From Isurus oxyrinchus (lineage: Eukaryota), in NCBI GenBank assembly GCA_026770705.1, contig JANJGN010000039.1:1798001-1862000 (forward strand): DNA of 64,000 bases, written 5' to 3'. The position numbers and the translations under genes are program-made. This document shows positions 51,941 to 64,000 of this stretch, in pieces. Each line of letters starts with the position of its first letter. The stretch's first letter is position 1. Under the pieces are notes generated by a model. The model had not been told where the DNA came from. It ran no database searches and worked only from the letters and a program-made list of their open reading frames with translations.

Positions 51941-52115
51941 CGCTGACACCAACAAGAGCCAGGATGGGGAAGTAACCAACTTGGATTAACGAAATTACTC
52001 CCTCGATCCTTTCAGCTAATGATATCCGATCTTGAGAAAGGTAGTAAAGCCCGGAGGATAAACTCCTCTCCATTTTTGTGAAATTCCAAGATTTTGTTCT
52101 AAGTTTCTGATTCAT
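51941..52115 (-). CDS. GPR139/GPR142-like GPCR, coding exon 1 (N-terminus and TM1 N-half)
   Basis: MNQKLRTKSWNFTKMERS..IQVGYFPILALVGVS then G|GTAAG donor at 51940; 175 nt, phase 1, joins exon 2 in frame (G+TG = Val) for 350 aa total; alternative ATG at 52073. Confidence 0.88.
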
Positions 52116-52244
52116 TGTTGTCACGTTCCAATCTATTATTCTCAGGTTCTGATGTTTTCTCTCCCCCTCTCAGGAGTCGTTGATCCTTGCGACATCTGAA
52201 TGCGACTGTCCCCCTGACATTAGGGGACAGCACTTTGAAATGAG

Positions 52245-52330
52245 CCCCGTATAAATAGCACTGTGAAACCCTCCAGTGACACAATTAGGATCCAGGGAGA
52301 TTGAAGTTAATTACAGGGACTGAACAAATC
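52245..52330 (-). promoter_or_regulatory. Putative GPCR proximal promoter: TATA-like, homeodomain and O/E-like motifs
   Basis: Minus strand TATTTATA (52250-52257), CTAATTG (52282-52288), TCCCTGGA (52291-52298), TAATTA (52308-52313), starting ~135 bp upstream of the ATG. Confidence 0.55.
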
Positions 52331-53429
52331 GGTTCAGTTAACGCCTTGCATTCCAACAATTTTTGTCTCACAACATAGTAGAAGATTTACTTGGCGTGGA
52401 TCGGATGTATGTGGGTCGCTAAGGGATGGAAGGCTGTGAATAGAGGTTTGACTGACCATGACATGTAAAGGCACCTGGGAGTGATATCCAAGGACAGGAA
52501 GGTTTTATGTGTTCCACGCTGTTTATAAAAGCAGAGTTCCAAAGCAGAATGGAACCTGGATTGATGACCTATTTTGAAAAATCATTTATTTTGGGAGCGT
52601 GGGTTCCTTATTGAAAGAGGTTCACAGGAGCCTGATCTGACTTTGCAAGATTCACAAAAAAAATGTAATTAATCATGATCATATTACACCAGGCAACCAA
52701 ACGCTTGGTAAGTTTTCATTACAGAGACCACGAAATAAGTGGCAGAATCTCACGCTGCCCCTTTCATCCTACTAATGCCCTTATTAACCCAGGACCCCAG
52801 CGGCCAGGCACCATTATTTTTGGACCAAGGATAACGTTTGTTCAGTGGTAAAGAAGTAGATCTTCCAGTGGTCTCCTGAACATTCACTAGAAGCAATTGC
52901 ACAATTGGTATATCCCTTTAGATATCCAGAACACTCAATCTAAATTCACCTCTCCTTTAGTGTTAGAGGATTATCCACGAGTTCCTTAAGAATCTGGCAT
53001 CATGCCCAGTTGCAGAGAAACTGAGGCCTTTTCTTCAAGTCTTCACTCATTGGCAATCTGATACAACTGAAACTACAAGGTCATAGGCTCCGTGTCTTTA
53101 TGTATCTGTGCGGCTCCTCCTGATCACAAGTTGCGAGTCAACAACACAGTTTTATTTCCTACTTCTTGTTTTAGATGTGACTTCACTAAATCACCAAAAC
53201 CTTTAGTAGTCAATCTCTTCATTTCAAGATTCGTAATGCAGTCATTAAAATGTATACATTTAAACAGTGCCCAAGGCTGGCCGGCTGAATGTCACAAAAA
53301 TCCAAACTGAAACCAAGCCCAGGCTTCACATTACAAATACAATTGTAGCTTGCCTAAAATAATATCGAGTTCCCATCATTTACCCCGCAAAAGGATAAGA
53401 AATGAAAAGGTAGCTTTCAGAGGCATTTT

Positions 53430-54960
53430 CATTTCCCGTTAGCATCTCCTCTCATCACTAAATCTATCTTATCTTACAGCTTTTACAATAGCTGTAATTA
53501 TGTTCTTACAAAAAACATGCAAGTATTTTCCATAAGAATCATACTCTATACAAGTCCATTTTAATTATGGTGTTCGTCTTCCTCCATATTTGCTCTTGAT
53601 AAAGTATCTATTATTACACTGTAACTTCCAGCGAAATGGCTGAGTTTTTGATTGGAAGGGAGTGGCCTTAAACTCAACCAAAATAGTATTGGTTTCTTAT
53701 TCTGAAACTTTTCTAGGAAGGATATTGGATTTTGATCCTTATAAAATAATAATTTCTGCAGAATGTTTGGATGAGGAGACATGTTGTACTGCCAGCACTA
53801 TATTTAGATAATCCTTCTCACTTCTGAATATTTCCCCTGGTAAAAAAAAAGTACATTTCCAGTAACTTAACAGACTGGCCGTTCAATTCCCGTCTCGTCG
53901 CCCTGTGGTAAAACTGCTCCAACACTCACTAGCATTAAAAACTAGTTTAAATGGCTTCACACAATGTGATGCTGCTAAAGCCGGTGGAGTGGTGAGTACA
54001 GCATTCAAGATGCCAAAGGCACTTAGGCCATCCTTTGTCCATTCAAATATTTTTGCTTTTCTTTACCGAGATGAAATTCAGGGCAAACGTCCTATAAAAT
54101 GCATTTATGCCAAGCGACCATAACATCGCTCCATTATTCTTAAGCACTGTCAATCCTGGATTACCCATATTTTTGCTTTTCTGGAGATCAGTTTGCCTTT
54201 TCACCAGAGCTTGGCCCAAATCAATCACTTTCGTTTTGGAAAATTCACTTTATGCAAATTTTATGACTAAATTGTATGTTTGTAAATGACCATACACATC
54301 ATTCAATTGTATAAGTTCCCCCCAAGCTCAGCTGAACACAACGAACTTCTCACTATATGTATAACACTGTTAAATAATCCTTCGAAAACGCGTTCGCTTA
54401 ATCATTGACATGTTACTGTTGCATTCTTCATTCCGAACGACATGAAATTACGTTCAAAATACTCATTCGTGGTTGCAAAATTTGTTGTTTCTTTGGCCAC
54501 TTCTGTTAAACGGACTTTTCAGTTCCCCTACAATAAATCATTTCTTTTACCAGGAAACTTGCTTGCCCAATCTTTTCAGTACAGTTTTCCAATCCTGGAA
54601 TAAGATATGGATCCGCGTATGTGAATGCATTAACGTTGCCATAAACTATACACCATCATTCTGACCCATCTAGTTTAGGTGCTTTTATAAGAGGTAAGCT
54701 CCATGTACTGTGAATCGGTTGAATAATGTCATCGTCGAACATAAACTTTATTGCTTCCTTCGCTTAGATTAACGTCCCTGGAATAAGCCTGATAGATGTT
54801 GCTTTTTTGGTGACATCCCCAACATTGCAACATATAAGGACAAAGCCGTTTCATGAGTTTGTAATAACTTTCATAAGACGTCTCGGAATTATTTTCTGGA
54901 AGTGAGCGTAATATGGCAGGGGCATCAAGGGTTATCTGGCTTAAATTGCTAAATGGAAAT
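53430..54960 (-). mobile_element. Degraded CR1 LINE ORF2 fragment
   Basis: Antisense remnants of CR1 RT and C-terminal motifs, heavily mutated. Confidence 0.55.
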
Positions 54961-55479
54961 CGAAACACTGGAAGATCAAATATTATCTTATTGAATAGTG
55001 GAGCAGGTTGAAGGGACTGATTGTTAAACCGCTGTTATTATTTCTCATGCTCTTATCTAAATTTTAACGGCCTCTGAACTGTACAATATAACCACTGGAG
55101 AGTTGAGTTTAGAGTTTCCGATTTCTGGTTCATTCTTCAAATGGTTTGAGATATTAATTTCTCCCCTTTGTCCTTTCACTTATGCAAACACATTCCTCTC
55201 CTGGTTACCTTCCCAGCCATTATTTGGCTTTAACATATTGCGGGAAACATTCAGTTGAATTTCACCCTGATTGGAGTGCTCACATAGATCATTCACAGAA
55301 TTGAGTTTCTTTGTGACTTGGTAAAGGCCGATGAACCTTGCTTTTCTCTTTTTACTAGCGAAAACTCACCAAACTCAAACATTTCATTCAGCAACAAAAC
55401 TTCGAGTTTTGGAATAGATATCTGCACCTGCTTCCATTGTTTGTGGTGCATTTCTATTTTTACATGATTTCACAGGCCT

Positions 55480-56525
55480 TCCCAGCAGTTTGTCACGTTG
55501 GTCAAATGTGACATCTCGAACTTTGGTTGATAAATTTTCCTTTATAAATTTCACTGGATCTCGCGCCACTTCCTCAACTATCAGGTCAAAAGCACTGAAT
55601 GCTGTGGACTCCTTCTGGGCGTCCCTTAGAAATACCAATCGAAGGACTCTATCACACAAATGGACCATCATTGACAATATACTTTAATCGTCGTCTTTAA
55701 AGTTGGATTTCATTTTGCTAAAGTTCCTTATAACTGTGAATAAAACGCTGAAGGCTGAAAATATTTTTTCCCTCTCCAAAACTTTTCATTTTTTATTTGA
55801 ATATCTGTGACATAAAATATGAGCCTTGATCTGATTAATTTTCCTGAGGAAATCCACATATTTTAAAGAAATGAACTCGCTTTAGCCCTACAATTTTCAC
55901 CATGATCTTCCTGAAATGCACTGCCACTGGAAATCTTGTTAGAGCTACCATAATTTTTGAAAAACACTGTTTCCCACTTCTGATTTAGCTGGGGGTCCAA
56001 AACAATCTATTAAGGAAGTGCTAAATGGTTCTGTACAAGCTGGTATTGGACTGAATAAAGGATGCACTTGAATTGATGATTCTGGCTTCCCCACTATTAG
56101 CATGTATGTCATGTCTGGCAGAAACTAACAACGTCTTTATGAAACCATGGCAAATAAAATATGTTTTAGCATGTCAGCCTGTGTTTTCCTAAAGCATGCA
56201 TGAACTGCCATTGGAACACCGTAAGCAACTCGTGATGGAACGTCCACCAGATGAACTATTGTAAAGTGCCGATTGGCTCATATTTGAGGTGGTCTCCCTT
56301 TCCTCATTAGCACAGCATTTTTAAATAATAACACTCAGGTACTGATTCTGATTCAGTCTCTGATAGGGTGTTATAGCAAATTCTCTCAACTTAGGATCAG
56401 CCTGTTGCATTTCTACTAAAGTAGATGGACCAAAATGTCTTCCCCATTCTCTTTACATTCTTCAGTTTGCTCCAGTTCCTTCTAAGGCTTCCTTTTTTTG
56501 CGGGGCTGAGATCTAGCCATGAAGC
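55480..56525 (-). mobile_element. Possible internally deleted hAT (ZMYM1-like) transposase remnant
   Basis: MARSQPRKKRKP*KELEQ (N-terminus-like), QIKNEKFWR, RNFSKMK (resembles ERSFSKLK) and IVEEVAR..STKVRDVTF (hAT C-terminus-like) in order. Confidence 0.4.
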
Positions 56526-56721
56526 AGTCAAGAAACAATCCAGGATATTCCTCAAATCGCGCCTCAGCTACTTTCAGTTCCAGTTGGTGTTATAACAGTC
56601 TCGGTGAGGCTAATGTATTTGAACCAGCTGTCTCATAGCCCAAGATGTAATCAATTCCTTAGATAGTGATTTGATCCAAAGCTCCAACTGCAGCCTCTCC
56701 TCTCACTTAGTGACTTATTTT

Positions 56722-59335
56722 GGGTGGAGTCTTCTGAGCCCACTGACGGCGGGTGTGATATGTGGTGGGCATGGAAAATATGGTGGGGCCCACTTCAAGA
56801 CGGCATGAAGGCAGGTCGCAATCTTCTCCTCAGCTTACCGCTAGCGGGCTGCGTTTCTCACCATCGGTCAACGAGAAGCAGTAGCAAGTGTGATTTTATT
56901 TGATTCAGGTTGCCTACCCGCGCCTTTAAGGATCCAAGAGGCTCGAAAGTGCCATCAGCCGCTCCATGTCTTACCCGTCCTTCCCCCCCCCCCCCACCCC
57001 CCCCACCCCCCCACTGACCCCCACACAAACCGGCACTGGCTTCAAATCTGCCAGCACTTCATTGCACTGCACAACAGTTGCACTGCACACGTTGTGTAAT
57101 CTCTTCGCCAACACTGGTTATGTAGCAGTCACTGCTGGAGGCGCTGTCAGCTCCTTGCATATTCAGCATCATTGTTTGTATCAGTGTCCCCAAAGCCGAA
57201 TGTTGACAAGACACCCAGGCAGAGCAATCCTCCCTGACATTCTGAGGGGTGACCAGCACTTTCTGGGAAGCATTATGGCTTTTTACTAAAGGACCAGCGA
57301 TGATTACCACGTGTCGCTCTCTTTCGTGCTGTAGGAGGACCATGTCAGGATCATGAATCCTGGTTACCTAGCAGCACGCCTGATGGCCTACAGGGACCGT
57401 TTAAGATGGAGGAGGGAGCGACTGGTCAGGCGGCATCAGGAGCAAAATCCAGGAGTTAAAGGCTGCATGCTGACTGTGACGCTCTGGCTGTGAAAACTTT
57501 GGCCTCGGTCCTCTCAGAGGCCGAGATTTGCAGGACACCTGTCTGTTTTCATCGCCCTGCTGTGGGGCAGTGGCATCCTGCTCGACCTGTGCAGCTGGAT
57601 CTGTATAGTCTACAGGAAGAGGGAAGGCACATGGGCCTGTCACTCGCTGAGTCACTCGGTTGGATGGCCCCGGAGAGTGCACATGCTGACCTTCCTCCCC
57701 ATGTGTGCCCGAGAACCCCTTGCTGACCCAGTGGGTGGGAGGGGCAGCTGGATTGAGATCATGCATCCGAGGATCCATCTTATGTACGGTCTGCTGGACG
57801 CCAACTATGTCAGCAGCAAAAGAGTTAAGTCCATGCAGCATTGTATGAGTAGATGCTCTGGACCAAGGTCTCCATGGCAAACGCCATAATGCCAGTGTTG
57901 GACACTGCATGTTGCAATGCCGGTGCTCCTACATGAGCCTGGAGATGGACGGTCTCCTCCATCATGCATTACAATTTGAGGAGTGCAGCCGACATGACAT
58001 TCTGATGTTGGCTGGCTTACCTTTGCAGCTCCAATTCTGAGATATGACCAAGTCCAGTTGCTCAACATCTGACTCGTATTCAACAACTTTCTGGCTTCAG
58101 AACTCCGTGTGTGGAGACCAGGGAAATCCGTGCCTCCACCTGCTGTGGAGGGGGCAAGTTGTCATCGGGCTATGATCCCGAGGCTTCTCGAAACCTACGT
58201 CCCATGGAGTCGTGTGTCTCTACACTGGTAGAGGGCGTGGATGAGCGCTCTAATGCAACTTTAGGCAGGGTGCCTTCAGACTCCTCCTCAGACTTTTAAA
58301 CGGAGCTGTATGGGGGCACAGGGTCCTGGAATCCGTCGGCCGTTTCGCAGGTGTACCTGAGAAAACAAGGGGAAATAATCAGTGCATGATATTCGCAAAT
58401 GATAGAGGACACATCACACACAGAAGTGTTTGCTAATGAATGCTGCACTCCTGGATCCTCACTTGGTCGATCATTGCCGACCTCATCGTTAGCACAAGAG
58501 TGGTCCCAGTTATAATTGCCCAGATGAATGACTCTGTTGTTCAATTCCGTCAGAATGTTGATGTCCAGCAATTCGTTCCTGTCTGTGATCTAGCCTTCCT
58601 GTTGTGATCCAATTTGTCCATCATGGGTAGAGATAAGAGGGTGTGTCATGATACCTGCCAGGCCAGATGATAAGTATGCCTGGCATGTGTGGGTGGTGAG
58701 AGGCGGGATGAAGACAATGGCGGCCTGTGTGAAAGAGTCAATGTCGCCGTCCCTTGCACTGGCAGTGAGTGAGGGTCTTGAGTTTGAGTGATGGATTTTT
58801 CAGTGTGTGTTATGCATGAAGGAAAGAATGACTTACACTGGAGGGACAGAGGAGATCATTCATACTTATGTGACTCTTGGTGGTTGTCTTTATCTGCAGG
58901 TCGTTCGCCCTGACCATTGCTGTGAGCGCTGTCCAGTCTGGGTTTGTGACATTGATGCCCATCCTCCAGATGGTAGGGCACATCCCGGCTGCCCTCCAGC
59001 AGTATCTCGAGGGATCCATCATTTAAGAGGGTGGCTGCAGGCATTTTACCTTTGTTGGCCTTATCTCCCAGGCAGAAGTGGTGAGCTGGTGGTGATCAGC
59101 GATTTGCTGAGGTCTGCATTGTAAAGGCAACGGCCAGGGTGATGCAAAAGCGCTTTAATGTTGAGTGATCAAATCGAAGTTCTGCCACCTTGGAAACAAT
59201 GTGTTTATTATGCATAAATAATAAAGTGGTCTTGGGAAGTTATGGCATGAAAACCCGCCATTTTTGTCGGTGGCCAGGGCTCCATTTCACCAGCATGCTA
59301 GCGCAATTAGAGCAATTATGGGGGAATTCCAGCCA
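56722..59335 (-). mobile_element. Harbinger-type element carrying a decayed Myb/SANT DNA-binding ORF
   Basis: AATLLNDGSLEILLE..RDV and VTNPDWTALTAMVRAN..KTTT..MNDLL (58830-59044) resemble APRFSD.SLE.LL..W..VA..VSA..RT..QCRKR.NDL; degenerate TIR-like ends GGGTGGAGTCTT and GGAATTCCAGCC. Confidence 0.7.
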
Positions 59336-59684
59336 CTGAAACAATGTGTTAAGAAAGAATAAGTTATTTTGGCTGTGGGCTTTCAGAGCCGAGGCACCAA
59401 CGAAAGGAGCACAGAAGCCCTTTTGCAGCCAGAGCCAGCCCACAGCTGGAGGTGAATATAAGCTACTCTGAAGTCATCGACCTGCAGGGATTGAGATCCC
59501 ATGACTATTTGTTGTGCCTGAACGAAAAGAATCATCAGTTCTTTCATTGATCAGTTTTGGGAGGCCAAGATGACGCCATTCAAGAATTGCTCCATTTTTG
59601 CTTACCCCTTGCAATATTGATTTTTGACCTTTGGGAGAATTCCAATTTTTCCAGTGTATTTTTGTGCACATGAGTGTTTGCGTA

Positions 59685-59977
59685 TCTGTCTCACTCTCTA
59701 CCTCTCACTCCATATGCCTCTCTCTGTTCAGGTCTTTCTCTTTGACTACTTCTCTCTCTCTCTTTGTTTTTCTATCTCTCATCTCTCTCTTTCTTTCCCC
59801 CTCTCTCTTAGATAAATGTATCTCTAATTTTCCTTTTCAGTTCCCAAATTAACTGGGAATTATCCTTGACCCTTCGCCCCTCGTTTCCTGCTGGAATTTG
59901 TCTGGCAAATGTGTTTGTGTTTGTTTGAGTATATTTGCCTACGTTTGTGTGCCTGTGTGTGTGTGTTAACATATGTG

Positions 59978-60008
<31 letters not shown>

Positions 60009-60780
60009 TAATCCATGTGTGTGTTTATGTATGTGTGTGTGCACACTTGTCTGTCAATGTGTGTGTCTGTGTTTGCATTTGTTGGTCTGTGTGTATGTCT
60101 CTGTGCACGTACACATGCGCGTGTGTGCGTGGAAGTGCTCAAACGTATGTGTGAGTGACAGAGATAGAGAGAGAAAGAGAGAGAGTCTTTGAGTATCTTG
60201 TAAAAGTGGTTAGTATAACTTCATATTCAATACTGCATGTTAACAACGTTTGCCTATCCGTTTAACAGGACTGGTCTTATAATTAACAAACATGCTTGTT
60301 ATTTACTGCACGAAGCTTGATTAACGTCTCTTTTATTCTAACAGTAGCAAAAGTAAACAGTTGGCTATTTTAGTGTGTGAATCAGTCTTTTAAACTATTG
60401 ATATGACCTATGGAGTAGTGGGGTTAAATATACTGCACTCGTATCCCAATTGATCGAAACAGGCTATGTCTCTCTCTGCCACTCCTCTGCTGTCTTGTAC
60501 TCTCATTCTCTCTCTGCTTATCTGTCTCACTGTCTATCTCTCACTCCATATGCCTCTCTCTGTTCAGCCCATTCTCTTCGACTCTCTCTCTCTCTCTCTT
60601 TGTTTTTCTATCTCTCATCTCTCTCTCTCTCTCTCTTTCTTTGCCCCTCTCTCTTAGATAAATGTATCTCTAATTTTCCTTTTCAGTTCCCAAATTAACT
60701 GGGATTTATTCCTTGACCCTTCGCCCCTCACTTCTTGCTGGAATTTGTGGGGTTGTGTGATGGAAATTTGTCTGACAAAT
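59685..60780 (+). repeat. ~220-bp direct duplication (59685-59905 and 60520-60780) flanking a (GT)n/(GA)n tract
   Basis: CTCACTCCATATGCCTCTCTCTGTTCAG..TAGATAAATGTATCTCTAATTTTCCTTTTCAGTTCCCAAATTAACTGGGA occurs twice. Confidence 0.9.
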
Positions 60781-61151
60781 GAAAGGGTAGTTTTGCCATG
60801 TTGTTGAATTTAATTGGAATCAGTGTGACGAATGAGAATGCTGGACAGTAGGAAGTGCACTTTGGAGGGGACACAGCCAGGGCAGGGGTTTTCTCTCCAA
60901 CCAGGGTGAGGGATTTCTGTGATGCCAAAGCTCCCATGAGAGGGAAGAGATGTCTTATTACTGATATTTCTTCCTTTCAATCATTGTGAGGCTGTTGCAC
61001 GATGAACAGTTGAACTGGCAAAAGAGCGAGGACGGCTGACTGGATGTGTGCCCCCACTCCACACCCTCCATCTCTGCAGCTCCAGCCGCTGTGGTTCTGT
61101 AATTAACTGAGAACCTGCTGAAACGCTCAGTGATTTGTTTATTTTTATTGT

Positions 61152-62044
61152 TTAATATGTTGAAATAATTGGGGTGAAGAGATGTTGCAGCATATTGTTA
61201 AATGCTCCGTGAACTTAGCCTGCTCTCTCTGTAAATCCCAGTGTTTGTGCAACAACCCAGGAGCTGCAGCATGAAGCCTAATTCCTGAACAAAAGCATAG
61301 AGATACATAGACTTATAGCACAAATTCCACATCAGTCTCCAAATAGAAGAAACAATTGACATTGAACATAACAGGAAGAAATTGGCTGAGATAACAGACA
61401 GAACATTCATAGATTTCCTTCTACCCACCATCTATGGATCGCCGGGATTATCCCACTTCTGTGAGCCTGGAATCCCCTGTGTTCTCTGCTTTTCATTAAA
61501 ATCTGCTTTACCATGAAAACATTGAGCAGCAGAATCAGGTTAAATGGAAAGCACGATGTTAGAATATGTTGGAAGCACTCAACTGCTACCCAGAACAGAG
61601 ATTCCTGAATATCCCATGTGAAATCCCTGAAACCAGGGGGCGTTCATCAGCCGATATGCAACTGTTATCATAATATATGAGAAAATGTTATTTGAACAGC
61701 TCAGCACAATCAATGTTCCCAGAAGCACAGTGGCTATTTTCTCACTGCAATATTCAGTTTTCAGCTTCAGGGAACAACGGGCCACAAATCCCTCAAAGGT
61801 GAAAGTGACGGTGAAACAGACAGGACAGTCTGTGGCTGCATAAAGCAAGATGGTGTGGATATTACACACGTGGATGGAGTTCCAGAAGTAAAACTGTTCC
61901 TTAAACAAGAATGGAATGTGCCTTATTATCACATCAGGAATAACGACCATTCGTCAGCCACAGCCATGGCCACCAGGTACTGAGTTACACATTTGGACAG
62001 ACCACATCTGTTGCTCCTGAGGATCACAATCATGACAAAGTTCG
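61152..62044 (-). pseudogene. GPR139/142-like GPCR pseudogene 3 (complete exon 2, disrupted)
   Basis: GGCAG| then (A)NFVMIVILRSNRCGLSKCVTQYLVAMAVAD; VCNIHTILLYAATDC; ELGFMLQLLGCCTNTGIY; at least 4 frameshifts, a TAG after DP (~61432) and DRF changed to EGF; exon 1 not in the window. Confidence 0.92.
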
Positions 62045-63397
62045 CTGCCTGGACGGGAGTTAAAGAATTTGATCATACATCAGGCTGAGTCAAAGCAAAT
62101 CGTTTAATTGCGGAGTTTTTGTATGTGTTATTGCAGCCTGTAATATATTGTGAGAAATGAACCTGAAATTACAAATGGGAAGGTTTGCGATCGAGTTGTA
62201 GGAAGCCGAGAAAAACAACAAAAGCTGAAGTGGTGGAGGAAGTGGATGCAGGATTATCGCGGGCGCTAGAGGTGATGAGGGTACAAAGGATGAATGTTGG
62301 GCCCAGGGGACCACAGGGGGATTTAGTTGGAGATCGGAAAAGTCAGGAGTGATTGAAAGGTAACTTTGAAACCCAATGCTAACGGAGGAGCCAGGCAATA
62401 AGAGGGCGGCCCAGGGGTGATGGGAGAACTAAGGAACACGTATGATTGGGAAGAACCTGAGGTGATGGTTGTGTTAAGGACAGGGGTGTGATCTGGATGT
62501 TTTCCCCATTTCTCTGCTAACTCCAACAGGATGCATTTCTGGGAAGGAGTGTTTAAACATTACAGTGCAGCAGTTTTTAGGAAAAGTGACTAAGTAGTTT
62601 TTCTTGTAAAGTTAAAAAATTAAAGGAAATGATTAAAATGCATTTCTTACGAAGTGTATCGAGATGTCATTCTTCAAAGACACACACATGCAAACACAAA
62701 CACACAAACACACACGTTAGAACTCTAGGGAACTAGTATACGCTTCGATTATTAGAAGCTTGGAACAGAAACAGGCCCCTTCATTATATTCCTTAAGATG
62801 TACTTGATTTTCTCCTTTTTGAAGACAAATGGACGTTGCAAAATTATGGTTATTAGTCTAAATTGTAGTTAGGAAGAAATATACCAAAAGGTAGAACTTG
62901 TTAGCCTCTTTTTATCACCTGCGCTGATTCCAAACATTGTGCTTCTTTTTCTTGGATGGGCATATCTTCCCTCAAATATTTCTTCCTTTCTGAGAATAAC
63001 TGACTTCCATATATTCAAAAATGATGTCAGCTATTCAATGTTTCCAGAAGATATCTGTTGCACAACGTCAGTTGTAAAGATTATTTTTACTAACATAAGC
63101 ATACTTCCTGACCCGTGACCATCGAGTTCGATTTTATGTCTCCATACATTAACATTCCCATTACAAGCAAGATGCAAACCCCTTCTCTATCCATCTTCCA
63201 GAGAGATGTAATGTGACCATGACAGGGGAGAAAGGAGAGTGGGTGGGGGAAGGGATGATGAGTGAGAGAGGAGTGCAAAGGGAAAGCTGGTTTCACATTT
63301 GACGAAGCACGTCCCGGCACACAGAAACCTGACTCTTGTAGTGTGTGCACTCTTCCAGAGGAGAGACAAGAAATTGGACATCTCGCCTAGCGTTGGA

Positions 63398-63600
63398 CTG
63401 ACACACACACACACAAACACACATGCACACACATGCACACCCATACAAATAAACATACACACAGGTAAATACACATGTATATGCAAACATTGGAACAAAC
63501 ACATGCAGGCACATACAGACGCAGCGGCAAACGCACTCACAGAAACACACACCGACGCCCATCCCCAGAAAGACACATACATACACACACGCACACACAG

Positions 63601-63631
<31 letters not shown>

Positions 63632-63655
63632 CACACAAACAGACACACATGCCCG
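63398..63655 (+). repeat. (CA)n-rich microsatellite
   Basis: Direct reading; continues after the gap. Confidence 0.9.
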
Positions 63656-63663
63656 CCTCCAGG

Positions 63664-63926
63664 NNNNNNNNNNNNNNNNNNNNNNNNNNNNNNNNNNNNN
63701 NNNNNNNNNNNNNNNNNNNNNNNNNNNNNNNNNNNNNNNNNNNNNNNNNNNNNNNNNNNNNNNNNNNNNNNNNNNNNNNNNNNNNNNNNNNNNNNNNNNN
63801 NNNNNNNNNNNNNNNNNNNNNNNNNNNNNNNNNNNNNNNNNNNNNNNNNNNNNNNNNNNNNNNNNNNNNNNNNNNNNNNNNNNNNNNNNNNNNNNNNNNN
63901 NNNNNNNNNNNNNNNNNNNNNNNNNN
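63664..63926. other. Assembly gap (263 N)
   Basis: Run of N. Confidence 1.
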
Positions 63927-64000
63927 CAGAAAAACACGCACACATACGCACACACACACACATGTATGTGTACACACTTAGAAGTACAGGCACAAACAAA

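Noticed and set aside
47848-52115. Assigning the symbol GPR139
   Set aside because: Divergent motifs and multiple local paralogues suggest a lineage-specific relative; orthology needs a phylogeny.
63187-63999. Long ORFs at the window end
   Set aside because: They run through (CA)n repeats and the N gap.

Overview
Repeat-rich vertebrate genomic DNA. The repeat families (70-bp and 33-bp satellites, CR1 LINEs, Penelope tails, Harbinger remnants) and the receptor type point to a cartilaginous fish (shark/ray); this is inferred from recalled sequences, not a database search. The only clearly intact gene is a two-exon class-A GPCR of the GPR139/GPR142-like type on the minus strand (join 52115..51941, 48725..47848; 350 aa). 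Three decayed paralogues lie at ~32.2-32.8 kb (+), ~40.2-40.5 kb (+) and ~61.2-62.0 kb (-). They share the same phase-1 acceptor in TM1, and a paralogous promoter-like module sits at ~33.9 kb. Together these look like a birth-and-death receptor cluster with homeodomain, O/E-like and TATA motifs upstream, which makes it a candidate chemosensory-type repertoire. The rest consists of tandem arrays (70, 33, ~55, 50, 42 and 24 bp units), a 3.7-kb C/A-skewed degenerate repeat, CR1/L2 LINE and SINE fragments, and a Gmr1-like LTR retrotransposon interrupted by a GPCR fragment. There are also Harbinger transposase and Myb/SANT remnants, Penelope-type tails carrying minimal hammerhead motifs, a speculative decayed Ig V(J)-C1-like segment near 10.8-11.2 kb, and an N gap near the end. 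Most ORFs in the supplied track are artefacts of repeats. Repeat boundaries are approximate.
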